Below are positions 37,872-48,967 of a DNA stretch of 64,000 nucleotides, piece by piece. Source of the DNA: Malacoraja senta (lineage: Eukaryota); the NCBI GenBank assembly GCA_038087875.1, contig CM075989.1:15626001-15690000 (forward strand), read 5' to 3'. Numbering within the stretch: the first letter of the stretch is position 1; the number at the start of each line of letters is the position of its first letter. The notes beneath the pieces were generated by a model, which did no database searches, had not been told where the DNA came from, and saw only the letters and a program-made list of their open reading frames with translations. The position numbers and the translations under genes are program-made.

Positions 37872-38987
37872 CCCACTTCAAAAAGCAAACTGGTGGAGAA
37901 ACTGAGCAGGTCAGGCAGCATCTGCGGAAGGAAATGGACAGATGACAATTCGGGTTGGGTCCCTTCTTCAGGCTGCTCTGGAATGCTGCTGTGGGCTCAG
38001 ATAGTGAGTGCAATGTGGAACACAGTCTCCTGGAACTGGTACATCTCAGCTTTAAATCTCTTGGATATGCTGAACTGTCTGATCAAAGCCAGGGGATACC
38101 GGAGACTTTAAGATCGATATAGAGAGCAATCCAAAAGTGAAAAGGGAAAGAATAAGAACAGCTTAGGAATTGGAAGAAGGAAAATCAGGATGCAATACTG
38201 CTGGTGAACAGAAGCAGGAATAGAGAGAGGGTGTTAAAGGCAACAAGATGGAGACTTTCTGTTGAATTTGTGCAAATACATCATGTACTTGTGTTTGCTG
38301 TAATTCTAAGTTAATACATGTTTGCTTTAAGGTTTAAATAAACTCACTGCATGCAGTATGTTCAAAGCAGAGAATTATGTGAATGCAAGCAAGTGTTATT
38401 GAGAAGGATTCCAGACCAAAGGTGTATGAGACCAACATTGAAGGTGGTTTGGTTCCAGTAGCAAGCATTTCAGAGGTGGGAGTTTGTAGTGAAGGGGTTT
38501 AGAGATGAGAGCACTAAGAAAATTAAGAAAATTATTTCATCTTTATTTAATTAAATGTATAAATATTTATGTCCACAATTAATAACTGGTAATTTCATGA
38601 GTTTATTTCTGTATAAAGGGTAAGCAGAGCAGCATTTACCTGTGAGTGGAGGTGGTGGAAGCTGATATGATAACAAGATTGAAAAGACATTTAGACAGGC
38701 ACATGAACAGCAGGGAATTGAGGGCTAAGGACCAAATGCAGCCATCATGTTAAGATTAGTTAAGTATGCATCATGTTTGGCACAGATATGATGGGTCGAT
38801 GGGCTTGTTCCTGTGCTTCAAGGGATATGGGGAGAAGTCAGGAACGGGGTACTGATTGTGGATGATCAGCCATGATCACAGTGAATGGTGGTGCTGGCTC
38901 AAAGGGCTGAATGGCCTACCCCTGCACCTATTGTCTATTGTCTGTTGTTCTAACTGAAGTGATTAAGTGGCCTGTCATTTCTTGCAG

Positions 38988-39134
38988 CCTCTTCACAATG
39001 GCTTTGGTTCATCTTCCACTCCCAAAGGCACAGTGTATGGTGTGGTGCAACGGGCTGACACAGATAAAGCGGAGGTGGTTGTGTACGAATGGTCGGTTAA
39101 CCAGCTGAAAGAGGAAATGAAATACATCAAGGAG
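38988..39134 (+). CDS. myzap: MYZAP coding exon (PLHNGFGSSSTPKGTVYGVVQRADTDKAEVVVYEWSVNQLKEEMKYIKE)
   Basis: TTGCAG acceptor, GAG|GTAGG donor, 147 bp, phase 0/0. Matches recalled human MYZAP PQGVVYGVVRRSD...VVYGWSTSQLKEEMNYIKD. Confidence 0.92.
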
Positions 39135-39721
39135 GTAGGTGATGGTTGATGATATCTCTGGGTTGGTTTTTTCTGGTCCATGGGCTCTGTTTGTTCAAAG
39201 TTTAAAATGAAGATGGTTTCACAGCCCGGGACTCAGAGACAACTTCCCATCAGGTTTCAGTGAAGAGTTGCCTGACAGCAGGTGGCTTCAGCTGGGGGTA
39301 AACCGGCGGCTGAGATCTTCCTCCCAGTGGAGGGAAATGGACAGGCAGCGCCAGGTGAGGATCATTCATCAGTCTGAAGGAGGATCCTGACCCAAAACAT
39401 CATCTTGTCTGAATTCCCCCAGCACTTTGCTTTTAGCATAAAAACAGCAGAGGGATTTCAAATTGACTTCTTAAATGTTGAAGTCCTTTTGAACATTGGT
39501 TTGGTCAAGATGTATCCACATGCACCCTTGCAGTCAGACCCAGCCTGTGGTCCTGAGAGGAGTCTGAGGAGGAAAAAAGAAGTCTTGCGGAAAAAGTGCA
39601 AGACTGTGTCGAACCTGTAGGATGTCCCAGACACTCCTTGTTCACCACAGTGTGGCAACTTGCTGTGCACAAAGAGATTGATACTTCTCTACACAACGAC
39701 TACCAGCTTTGCATCGGGTAA

Positions 39722-39938
39722 AGGGCCTGTCCCACTTTCACGACCTAATTCACGACCTCTGCCGAGTTTGCCCTTGACTCTTACTCGCAGCATGGTCGTC
39801 ATGAGGTCGTAGGTAGGTCGTGATGCTAGTCGTAGGTACTCGTGGCATCAAGTAGGTCGGGGTGTTTTTCTAGCCTGGTGAAAAATGTCCGCGAGTAAAA
39901 AAGGTTGTGAATTAGGTCGCGAAAGTGGGACAGGCCCT
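39722..39938. mobile_element. PIF/Harbinger-like MITE (same termini as the 21590 copy)
   Basis: TIR AGGGCCTGTCCCACTTTC...GAAAGTGGGACAGGCCCT with 3-bp TAA TSD (39719-39721, 39939-39941). Confidence 0.8.
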
Positions 39939-40645
39939 TAATTCTACACACATCAAACCACGGGGTTGGCGGGCCAGAAAAGTTGTTTGCAACAAGGGAC
40001 TGACATACAGATAAAAAACTAAAGCTGGCATTTTAAGAAGGAATTGAACCTTGCTGTAAAAAGAAAGAAAAAATTGCAGTTGCCTCAACTTGGTTGGCAC
40101 ACAGCAATATTGAAAAGGACTTTAACATTTAAGAAATCAATTTAAAATTCTCTCGCTGTTATACTAAAAGCAAACTGCTGGAGGAACTCAGCAAATCAGG
40201 AGGCATCTATGGAGGGAAATGGACAGACAATGTTTCCAGTCAGGACCTTTCTCCAGCTTGATAAATGGTCCAGACCTGAAACGTCATCTGTCCATTCCCC
40301 CCTTTGATGCTGCCTGACCCGCTGAGTTCCTCCAGCAGTTAGGTTCTCCAGACCCCAGAACTTGCAATCTCTTCTGTCTCTACTGTTCTTGTTGTTGAAT
40401 AACAATGCAATTCGGTACACAGTGATGAGATGGAGGGGCTGCTGGTGTGAGATATATCCCACACTGACAACCTCCACACCGTGTGCACTTCAGTGCCAGT
40501 CCCAATGCCTGTTTTCTGGGTCCAATGGAGGTAAAAAAAAAGGGTTGGTAAAGACAGTGTAAGAGCTGGTCTGGATGAGCCCAAGATCAGAATCATCGAG
40601 GTTGGAGAGGCAGAGAGAACAATTTAATTCTAGTTCCATGATCCA

Positions 40646-41048
40646 CATGTCCCTGGCCATAGAATCATGGCTAAGATTTATCTGCAAGTTATCCTGCGGC
40701 AACAGCTTCGTCCGCTGGACTGGAGGGCGGCAGCTTCGACTACCCCGGGACGCGGAGATTGAACCGGCCCGTTCGCGGAGCACGGTTGGGCCGCGGGACT
40801 TACTTACCATCACCCGGTGGGGGTCACAATATCGGAGGCCTGGATCGCCTTCGCGCAGAGGGAGAACAAGGAGGGAAGAGACAAAGACTTAAGGTTTTTG
40901 CCTTCCATCACAGTGAGGAGGTGTCCGGTGAACTCACTGTGGTGGATGTTAAATTTGTGTTTATTGTGTGTTTTGTTACTTTATTATATGTATGACTGCA
41001 AGGCAACGAAATTTCGTTCAGACCGAAAGGTCTGAATGACAATAAAGT
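40646..41048 (+). mobile_element. CpG-rich non-coding retroposon (SINE-like or LINE 3' UTR) with 3' stem-loop
   Basis: Ends ...AATTTCGTTCAGACC-GAAA-GGTCTGAATGACAATAAAG. Direct repeat TTCCATGATCCA at 40634-40645 and 41049-41060. Confidence 0.6.
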
Positions 41049-41159
41049 TTCCATGATCCATGATTCCTTTAGAAAAAGGTGAGAGAAATTCTCTGCCTTA
41101 AAGCCGGTTGTTGAAGAGAAGGTGTCCCCGTGTTGACGGACGTGTTGTCTGTTTATCAG

Positions 41160-41252
41160 GTGCGGCAGTCACTGGAACAAGTCAGAAAGCAAATGTTTGG
41201 CGAGTTCAATGGGATGAAGGAGAAAATGCAGCAGATGACAGATGAAATGAAG
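41160..41252 (+). CDS. myzap: MYZAP coding exon (VRQSLEQVRKQMFGEFNGMKEKMQQMTDEMK)
   Basis: CAG acceptor, AAG|GTGAG donor, 93 bp. Similar to VRATLEKVRKRMYGDYDEM. Confidence 0.92.
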
Positions 41253-42044
41253 GTGAGTGGAGACAACTACACGGCCTCTGCCTGCGGTTATGTCATCTCC
41301 AACAGATACAACCAATCGTGCAGCTCTTCCCCACCTGGAATCATAGCTCTGGGCCTGCTCCCCGAGGCAAGCTTTAGCCTTTGTGAATGGATCAGCACTT
41401 CACATGATTTCACAAGCAACCAAGTCAGGAAGAATGTTTAACAGGCAAACTTTTCACTCCCTTAGTCAATGTCTAGTCTGAAGAAGGGTCCCGACCCGAA
41501 ACGGCACCTATCCGCGTTCTCCAGTTATGCTGCCTGACCCGCAGAGTCAATCCAGCACTTTTTTGTTTGTTTGTTTGTATCCAGCATCTGCAGTTCCTTG
41601 TATCTCTCGCCAATGTGTAATGCTTTGATTCACTTCCCAATCCCAGGAAAACCCAGGTTGGGTTCTCCTCCAGGAGTTTTTCCTACACTTGGGCAGCTGA
41701 CAGGGTTCCCCAGCAATCAAGAACAAAGTGCAGAGTTACAGTGCACACTCGTGATCTCCCTCAAGTTAAGGGTTCACATCTCTACCTCCACCCACTGAAA
41801 GCCCTCAATGTTCACTCCTGCCTACCTGCCCGCACTTGGCTCAAGACATTTCCATAAATTCTGTTGCAAAACTGCCTTAAAACTTCAATTTAAAAAACCC
41901 CAGATGATTTTATATCCAAAGTAGCTGGCAATAATACTGATTGGGGATGATCAGCCATGACCATATTGAATGGCAGTGCTGGCTCAAAGGGTCAAATGGC
42001 CTACTCCTGCACCTATTGTCTATTGTCTATTGAGTCTTCATTTA

Positions 42045-42484
42045 CAGTGGCTTGCAAAAGTATTCATACCCCTGAACTTTTCCACATTTTGTCACGTTAC
42101 AACCACAAACGTGAATGTATTTTATTGGGATTTTATGTGATAGACCAACACAAAGTGGCGCACAATTGTGAAGTGGAAGGAAAATGATACATGGTTTTCA
42201 AATTTTTTTACAAATAAAAAACTGAAAAGTGTCGCGTGCAAAAGTATTCAGCCCCCTTTACTCTGATACCCCTAAATAAAATACTTTTGCACGCGACACT
42301 TTTCAGTTTTTTATTTGTAAAAAAATTTGAAGACCATGTATAATTTTCCTTCCACTTCACAATTATGCGCCACTTTGTGTTGGTCTATCACATAAAATCC
42401 CAATAAAATACATTTACGTTTGTGGTTGTAACGTGACAAAATGTGGAAAAGTTCAAGGGGTATGAATACTTTTGCAAGCCACTG
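42045..42484. mobile_element. Internally deleted Tc1-like element (paired ~204 bp TIRs)
   Basis: TA|CAGTGGCTTGCAAAAGTATTCA...TGAATACTTTTGCAAGCCACTG|TA. Inner direct repeat GCAAAAGTATT gives the IR/DR architecture. Confidence 0.9.
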
Positions 42485-44546
42485 TACATTGTTCCAATTT
42501 TGTTATGGGTGTGTTTAATGACATGTTTTAAATGTTTGAGAAGAATGTCGAGAAGAAAATATGAAGTTATTTCATGGATGTTAAAAGAAAGGCGGGCACA
42601 TGTTTGTGACATTTTTTGTGAGGGTGAAACATTTGTTGTGCACTTTCCTTCAGTCAGAATTTGCAATCTGGGACAAAGTGTCTCAGCAAATATCAGCAAA
42701 ACATAATGTTCCGGTTTGTCCTGGTATACAAGAAGGGCATCATAGTTGAAGATTTAAGAAATACTGGCTCCTTGTAAAGCAGCTTCCATGCCATTAAAAG
42801 TACAAACAATAGCTAATTCCATAATATCTTCATTTGATTCATTCTTTGAGTCAAGATAATCAAGAATGTTTCATTGTCAACAGAACAATGACATTCTTCC
42901 AACAGCAGCTTAAAAGGCATGTGAACACAATGCAAACAGATAATATATATTAGACAAACATTCAAAAAATTTAATAATCCCAATAGTAGTGCAAAAAGCC
43001 CAAAGTCCTCAGTGCAACCAAAGACTGTCCATAGTTGAAAGTTGAGGTTACTGTTATGTGTTCAAGAGCTTGATGGTTGTTGGGAAGAAGCCATTCTTGA
43101 ACTTGAACAATAAATGTCCTTTGTCCTTTGTCCTTTGGTGGTCATGGTGTTAAATGGCCATCACTGGCAAAACCAACTTATTGCTCATCTCTAACTTCCC
43201 TCAGTAAAATTATAGATGTCTTAAAGCTCTATTTTTATATTCTATCTATATTTGTAAGGTGGAGATTGACAGATTCTCGATTAGTACGGGTGTCAGGGGT
43301 TATGAGGAGAAGGCAGGAGAATGGGGTTGAGAGGGAAAGATAGATCAGTCATGATTGATTGGCGGAGTAGACTTGATCGGCTGAATGGCCTAATCCTGCT
43401 CCTATAACTTATGAACTCTATAGTGCTTCTGGTGAAGGTACAGTCACAGCACAGCTGGGGAGGGATTCTCCGGATTTGGAATTGGTGAGCATGAAGAGTG
43501 GTGAACAGCAAGTCAGAATAGTGTGTACCTTAGTTTATACCTTGGAGGGTGCCATGCAGTGGATGGTGTTCCCATTTGCCTTAAACTCAACGGTAGAGGT
43601 TCTAAGTTTAGGAGGTGTTGATAGCGTAGCCTAGGTGTGCAACTGCAGACTATTTTGCAGATGGTACTCGCTGCACCCATCGTGTAGTGGGAAACAGATG
43701 TCGGGGCTGGCTGGGGAATTTTCATAAACCTGTTTTTCAACTACATTGACTAGCAGTCTGCAACGGTCCTCAGTTGTATGGAGACAATGTGCCATCTGCT
43801 GGTGGTGATGGGTATTTCTGCCTCTTCATTTCAGCAATGGACTGTGTTAAAGTGGAGGCAAAGAAGGAAACATTAGAGCAGCTGGAATATCAAATACCAC
43901 TATCCAGTTATCGGGAATTTAAATTCCAATTAAATAAATTCTGAATATAAATCTAAGGTAGACACAAAATGCTGGAGTAACTCAGCGGGACAGGCAGCAT
44001 CTCTGGAGGGAAGGAATTGGTGACGTTTTGGGTCGAGACCCTTCTTCAGTTGCCTTTACCAGTCTGTTGCTGTTATTGGTGGAAACCTTGCCTGTACCTA
44101 AGTAACTCTAACCCTCCGTTCTCAAGAAGACAGATGCCATCACCTAAACAAGGGACGGGTAATAAATGGAATCACTGTCCCCGCTCTCCAAATCCTGTGA
44201 ATTAATAACAACTGTATGGTTAATGAGCGAGAAACAAACCGCTGGAGTAACTCGGCAGCAAGAAGGATCACGTTCTCAAACCTCAACTGTCCACTTCCCT
44301 CCACGGATGCTACCTGACCCGCTGAGTTCCTCCAACAATTTTTTTTTTTAGCTCAAGATTCCAGCATCTGCAGGCTCTTGTGCCTCCAACATGGTTAATC
44401 ACTTTCTTCAGGCTTTTTAGTGCAGAGTTGTACGACAGAGATAGGACACCGAGATGGGGCCATTCAGCCCCTTTTGCCTACTCTCCCACTCAGTGAGATC
44501 ATGGATAATCTTCTATCTCAGCACCACTTTCTGAAATAACCACATA

Positions 44547-45142
44547 TCTATATAATATAATATATAATATAATAATATATATATTATAATATTAAAACTC
44601 TGTGTGTGTGTGTGTGTGTGTGTCTGCTTGACTTGTGCCAGCCAGCCCCTTTGATACCGCGCTACGCCAACACCGCACGCAGAAACGCCGAGATTTTTTC
44701 CATTTCGGTAGAGATTTCATTTTTCTTTACGATTAGCCACTCCTGATTACATGTCGTCGTATTTATGTACACATTTTAAAATAAAATCCATCACCCCCCC
44801 CCCCCCCACACTCACTAATTTTGTCTCCTCCTGCTGGTCAGCCACCATAACGGCTGCTGTCGACCGCCTCTGCTCCGAAAACAACGCCATCTTTTTTTCG
44901 CTAGCGATTTTCACCCCGGTGCATGAATCACGTTCGGACTCTAAAATCCCGGGTTCTGAAGCACGTTCAGTGTCCAGGGGTCTGAAGCACGTTCTGAATT
45001 TTCACCCCGGGGTCTGAAACATGTTCTGGGTTTTTTTCACTAATGATTTTCACCCCGGGGTCTGAAGCACGTTCGGGATCTCACACCCCGGGGTCTTAAG
45101 CACGTTCGGTGTCCAGACCCAACGGGTCTGCACTTGGTCTAG
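44547..45142 (+). mobile_element. Non-autonomous Helitron (596 bp)
   Basis: A|TC 5' end, CTAG|T 3' end, hairpin CAGACCC-AAC-GGGTCTG (45114-45130) 8 nt before CTAG, no TSD. Internal (TA)/(TG) microsatellites and tandem CACCCCGGGGTCTGAAGCACGTTC repeats. Confidence 0.8.
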
Positions 45143-45439
45143 TTACCTTTAATATCCACACATCTCAATTCTTGTCTTGAATATACTCCATGACTTGCCC
45201 TCGGGTGAAGAATTCTAAAGATCAACTGCATCCAAGGTGGAGAAATTTCTTTTCATCTCCCCCTGACTGGCTGATCCCTTATTTTGAGTCTCCTGCCTCA
45301 GGTTTGAGACACCGGAGACTGTCTAACATATTTATCCGTGAATGTCATGGAGTTACCTAGATACAGGCCCTCTGGCCCACACACTCCCTGCTCACTAGCA
45401 TTGTGACTGCACACTGTTGCCACCCTAATATCCCGTTGA

Positions 45440-45735
45440 TTTCCAGCACCGTCTCCGACTACATTTTATTTCTGTTTGCTTTGTTGTTACCTTCTCCTGG
45501 CTAAAAATGATCTATTCTATATTTTCCTTGCTCTCCATTTCCTTTATCCTGCTTTCACACCTTACACTTCATTATCCATGTATCTCCCTCTCACCTGATA
45601 TCAGTCTGAAGAAGGTTCTCGACCCGAAACACCACCCGTTCCTTCACTCCAGAGATGCTGCCTGTCCCGCTGAGTTACTCCAGCTTTTTGTGTCTATCTC
45701 CGATTTAAACCAGCATCTGCAGTTCCTTCCCACAC
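45440..45735 (+). mobile_element. Penelope-like element 3' end / pseudo-LTR-like repeat with a degenerate hammerhead core at 45606-45633
   Basis: Pyrimidine-rich tract, then CAGT-CTGAAGA-AGGTTCTCGACCC-GAAA and the family tail GATGCTGCCTG.CCCGCTGAGTTACTCCAGC...CCAGCATCTGCAGTTCC. The same layout occurs at about 20630-20995, 35390-35660 (-), 35840-36185 and 36260-36612. Confidence 0.6.
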
Positions 45736-47160
45736 TCCTCAACATTGTGATTAATGGGAGGTGGCTCTTTGATTGTGGCAGCAAATCCATAGTGCGCACC
45801 CTGGTAGAACAAAGTGCCAAGGCGCAAAACCACAGGATTTGACCAATATTGTTTTCATTCATAAGCAGACTAAATGACATGTACCCTCCATCTCTTGGAG
45901 TTGGACTACACCAGGTATTGCACTGGTCCCTGCCTGCTGGAACCAGGGTGCACCATTACTGGTGCTACTCCAACGTTGTATTGCTGTTCCCTCACTGTAA
46001 CTGGGTCAATGTCCAGGAACTCCCTTTGAAAGCAGGATGGTAGTAGATGCCCCCTCGCCTTCCCAAAGGGGTTAGTCCGGGACAGTGCGAGTCGGTCTCA
46101 GCAGGGTTTGTCCATGCCAGAGATGAATAAAAATGAAAATCAGCATGGGGATTTTTGAGCCAGGCCGGAATTCTCCCCACGGTAGTCGGGGACAGTTAGA
46201 TCTTTCAAGACAGGGAAGAAGAGATTTTCAAATGAGGGAACAGCTAGCCAGTGCGGGTAAGTGGATAAAGTTGCGGAGCTGCTGTAGTCGAAGCTCAGAG
46301 TCGGGCTGAAGGTCCCACTGCACCAGAAATGTCTGTAGATTTAGCATCATCCTAGAAGGGTAGTCAGTGTAAATTGTCCCTGGCGTGGAGCTGAGTAGAA
46401 GAATGTGAGTGTGAGTGTGTGTGTGTGTGTATGTGGGTGGGGGGATGGAGGGAAGAGGAGAGGGAAGAGGGGAAGGGAAGGGGGTCAGCACAAAATAAAA
46501 TGGGATGAGTATAAAGTGAGGGCTTGGTGGTGGGCATGGACTCATTGGGCTGAAGGGACTGTTTCCCTGCTGTATTACACTGTCCAATATAATCAGATGG
46601 AGAGGTGGAACAGCTCCCCAGTCGAGAAGCTGCTCCTCATTTATACGTTCGTATGATTCAGTTCCTCAGATGCGGGGATTGGGGCTGCAGATGCAGGAAG
46701 TATTGGATTGCTGGCCAGTCAGTGGGGACGCTGATCTCCACAACTACCAGCCGGGCCAAGAGCCTGCAGGCACAGCGCCGATTGGCCCCAGCTGTGTTCC
46801 CTGCCCCGCTGCACATTTCCAGCTGTTCCCACAGCTGCCTGGTCTTCCTGGTCGAACCCCTTCCTGGCCAATAACGTTTCAACATTGGAATCCCCCAAAC
46901 CACCAGGGAATCAACATACTTTGATAAAACATTTTCACATTCAGGTCCAGGAAAACGTGTCGAATCCCCCGGTAGGACACGGTTGGCTGGAGGCACAAGA
47001 GACGCAGATGCTGAAATGCATGGTCTTGACCCGAATTGTTCACCATCTCTCTTCCTCCATGCATGCTGCTTGACCCGTTGAGTTCTTCCAGCAAAGATAG
47101 ACACAAATTGGTGCAGTAACTCAGCCGGACAGGCATCATCTCTGGAGAGAAGGAATGGGT

Positions 47161-47188
47161 GACGTTTCGGGTCAGGACCCTTCTTCAG
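47161..47188 (-). ncRNA. Candidate minimal type I hammerhead ribozyme core
   Basis: - strand reads CUGAAGA-A-GGGUC-CU-GACCC-GAAA-CG-UC, with flanking GGU/ACC able to start helix I. All core nucleotides are present; activity is untested. Confidence 0.6.
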
Positions 47189-47292
47189 ACCAGCATCTGC
47201 AGTTCCTTCCAGCGCACGAGTTCTTCCAGCAGTTTGTTTTCTGTTTTGCCGTATTTATGACGGAGCGTGACTGTTCATTTCTTGTGTTTCAG

Positions 47293-47406
47293 GCATCGGA
47301 CACGCGGCAAACAAACCTGAAGAAGGATGTGGAAAGCAACTCCTCGGCCCTGGGTCAGTACAAGCAGATGAACAACTCCCTGACTGCCATGACGTTAGAC
47401 CTGCAG
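47293..47406 (+). CDS. myzap: MYZAP coding exon (ASDTRQTNLKKDVESNSSALGQYKQMNNSLTAMTLDLQ)
   Basis: TTTCAG acceptor, CAG|GTAC donor, 114 bp, phase 0/0. SSAL..MN.L pattern as in MYZAP. Confidence 0.88.
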
Positions 47407-48814
47407 GTACAAACTCATCGCTCACTCTGCTTGCAGCTGCTGACGGGCTGGGGAGGGCTACCACTACCAGTTTGTTCCAGACACACCGAGGACGGTTCAC
47501 AAAATGGAGGCAGGAAGCAGGGTGGTTCATCAGAAATGGTGGCCTGTAGAAATATACTTGAGAAGCTGCCCAAACACTTATTTGGAAATCTAAGCAGCTC
47601 CCTATGAATACACCACAAACCATCTGGTGATATGAGTATAGGAATAAGGTAGAACAGTGCGGAGTGGATGGAGTGGGGGTTCTTTAAATAATAGTTGTAA
47701 GGCAAAGCAACAGGCCTTTTGGCCCAACACACTTCTGCTGACCATCATGTCTATGCTAGTCCCGCTTGCCAGCGTTAATTCCATGTTCCTTTACCCCCCT
47801 GCCTTATTGCCTGTCTAGATGCCTCATAAATGTCACCGTTTCTGCCTCCACCACCACCTTTGGCAGTTCATTCCGGATACCGACTACCCTTTGAATGAAA
47901 AATGTACCCCTCAGATCCCCTTTAAACCTTTGTCCCTCTCACCTTAACCAAGGCCCTCTCATATCAGACACTTTACCATGGAAACGTTGGCTATTGTCAC
48001 ATTGTTAGCAGAAATCAGAAAAGGTGTCAGAAGTTATGGGGAGAAGGCAGGAGAATGGAGTTAGGAGGGAGAAATAGATCAGCCATGGTTGAATGGCGGA
48101 GTAGACATGATGGGCCGAATGGCCTAATTCTCCTCCTATTCCCTGTGACCTTATGAAATCTGCAGCTTCAACTTTCAATGGATTGACTTTGTCGCACAAC
48201 TGCCATTCCCATGATCAGGAACCTGGTGACATCCAGTGATGGATTCAGTACCTGTGTCAGGAGCAGAGGTGACCTTCTGGGTCAGGAGCCTGTGCTGTGG
48301 GATGCATAAGGAGGAGAATGCCTGGATGCTTTATCATTCAGCATCATCCCCACATTACTGCACAAAACATAATGAATGATCAAAGTTAGCAGCTGAACAA
48401 AACAAATTGTACATGCTTGAAACAATTGTTCCAGAATGGATGGTTAACATTTAGTTCAGTTTAGAGATTTAACATGGAAACAAGCCCTTCGACCCCCCAA
48501 GTCCACGCCGACTATCAACCACATGTTCACACCACTTTCACATCCATTCCCATCACACTTGGGGCAATTTACAGATGCCATTTAACCTACAAACCTGGTC
48601 TTTGGGATGTGGGAGGAAACTGGAACACGCCAAGGAAACCCACGCAGTCACAGTGAGAACATACAAACGCCACACAGACAGCCATCAAGATCAGGATCGA
48701 ACCCGGTTCTCTGGCGCTGTGTGAGGCAGTGGCTTTACCAGCTGTGCTGCCCCAATTTGCTGCCAATACTTGCAACGGGCCAGGATTTGTAACCAGATGC
48801 TTTGTTTTTATCAG

Positions 48815-48967
48815 CGGACCCTCTTGGATTCAGCAGTAGATGCCAACAAGAGGCAGGAGAAAATGAGAGAGGTCCGAAAGTCGTATCAACAGTCACAGGA
48901 GCAAATAAAGGAGAAGGATCATCAGATACAGAGCGCACAGATGGAGAACCAGATCCTGAAACTTAAG
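48815..48967 (+). CDS. myzap: MYZAP coding exon (RTLLDSAVDANKRQEKMREVRKSYQQSQEQIKEKDHQIQSAQMENQILKLK)
   Basis: CAG acceptor, AAG|GTAAA donor, 153 bp. AQMENQILKLK corresponds to human AQVENQLLKMK. Confidence 0.92.

Noticed and set aside
44907..45110. Short palindromic repeats with variable spacers resembling a CRISPR array
   Set aside because: Vertebrate intron, degenerate units with short irregular spacing, no cas genes; it lies inside a Helitron.
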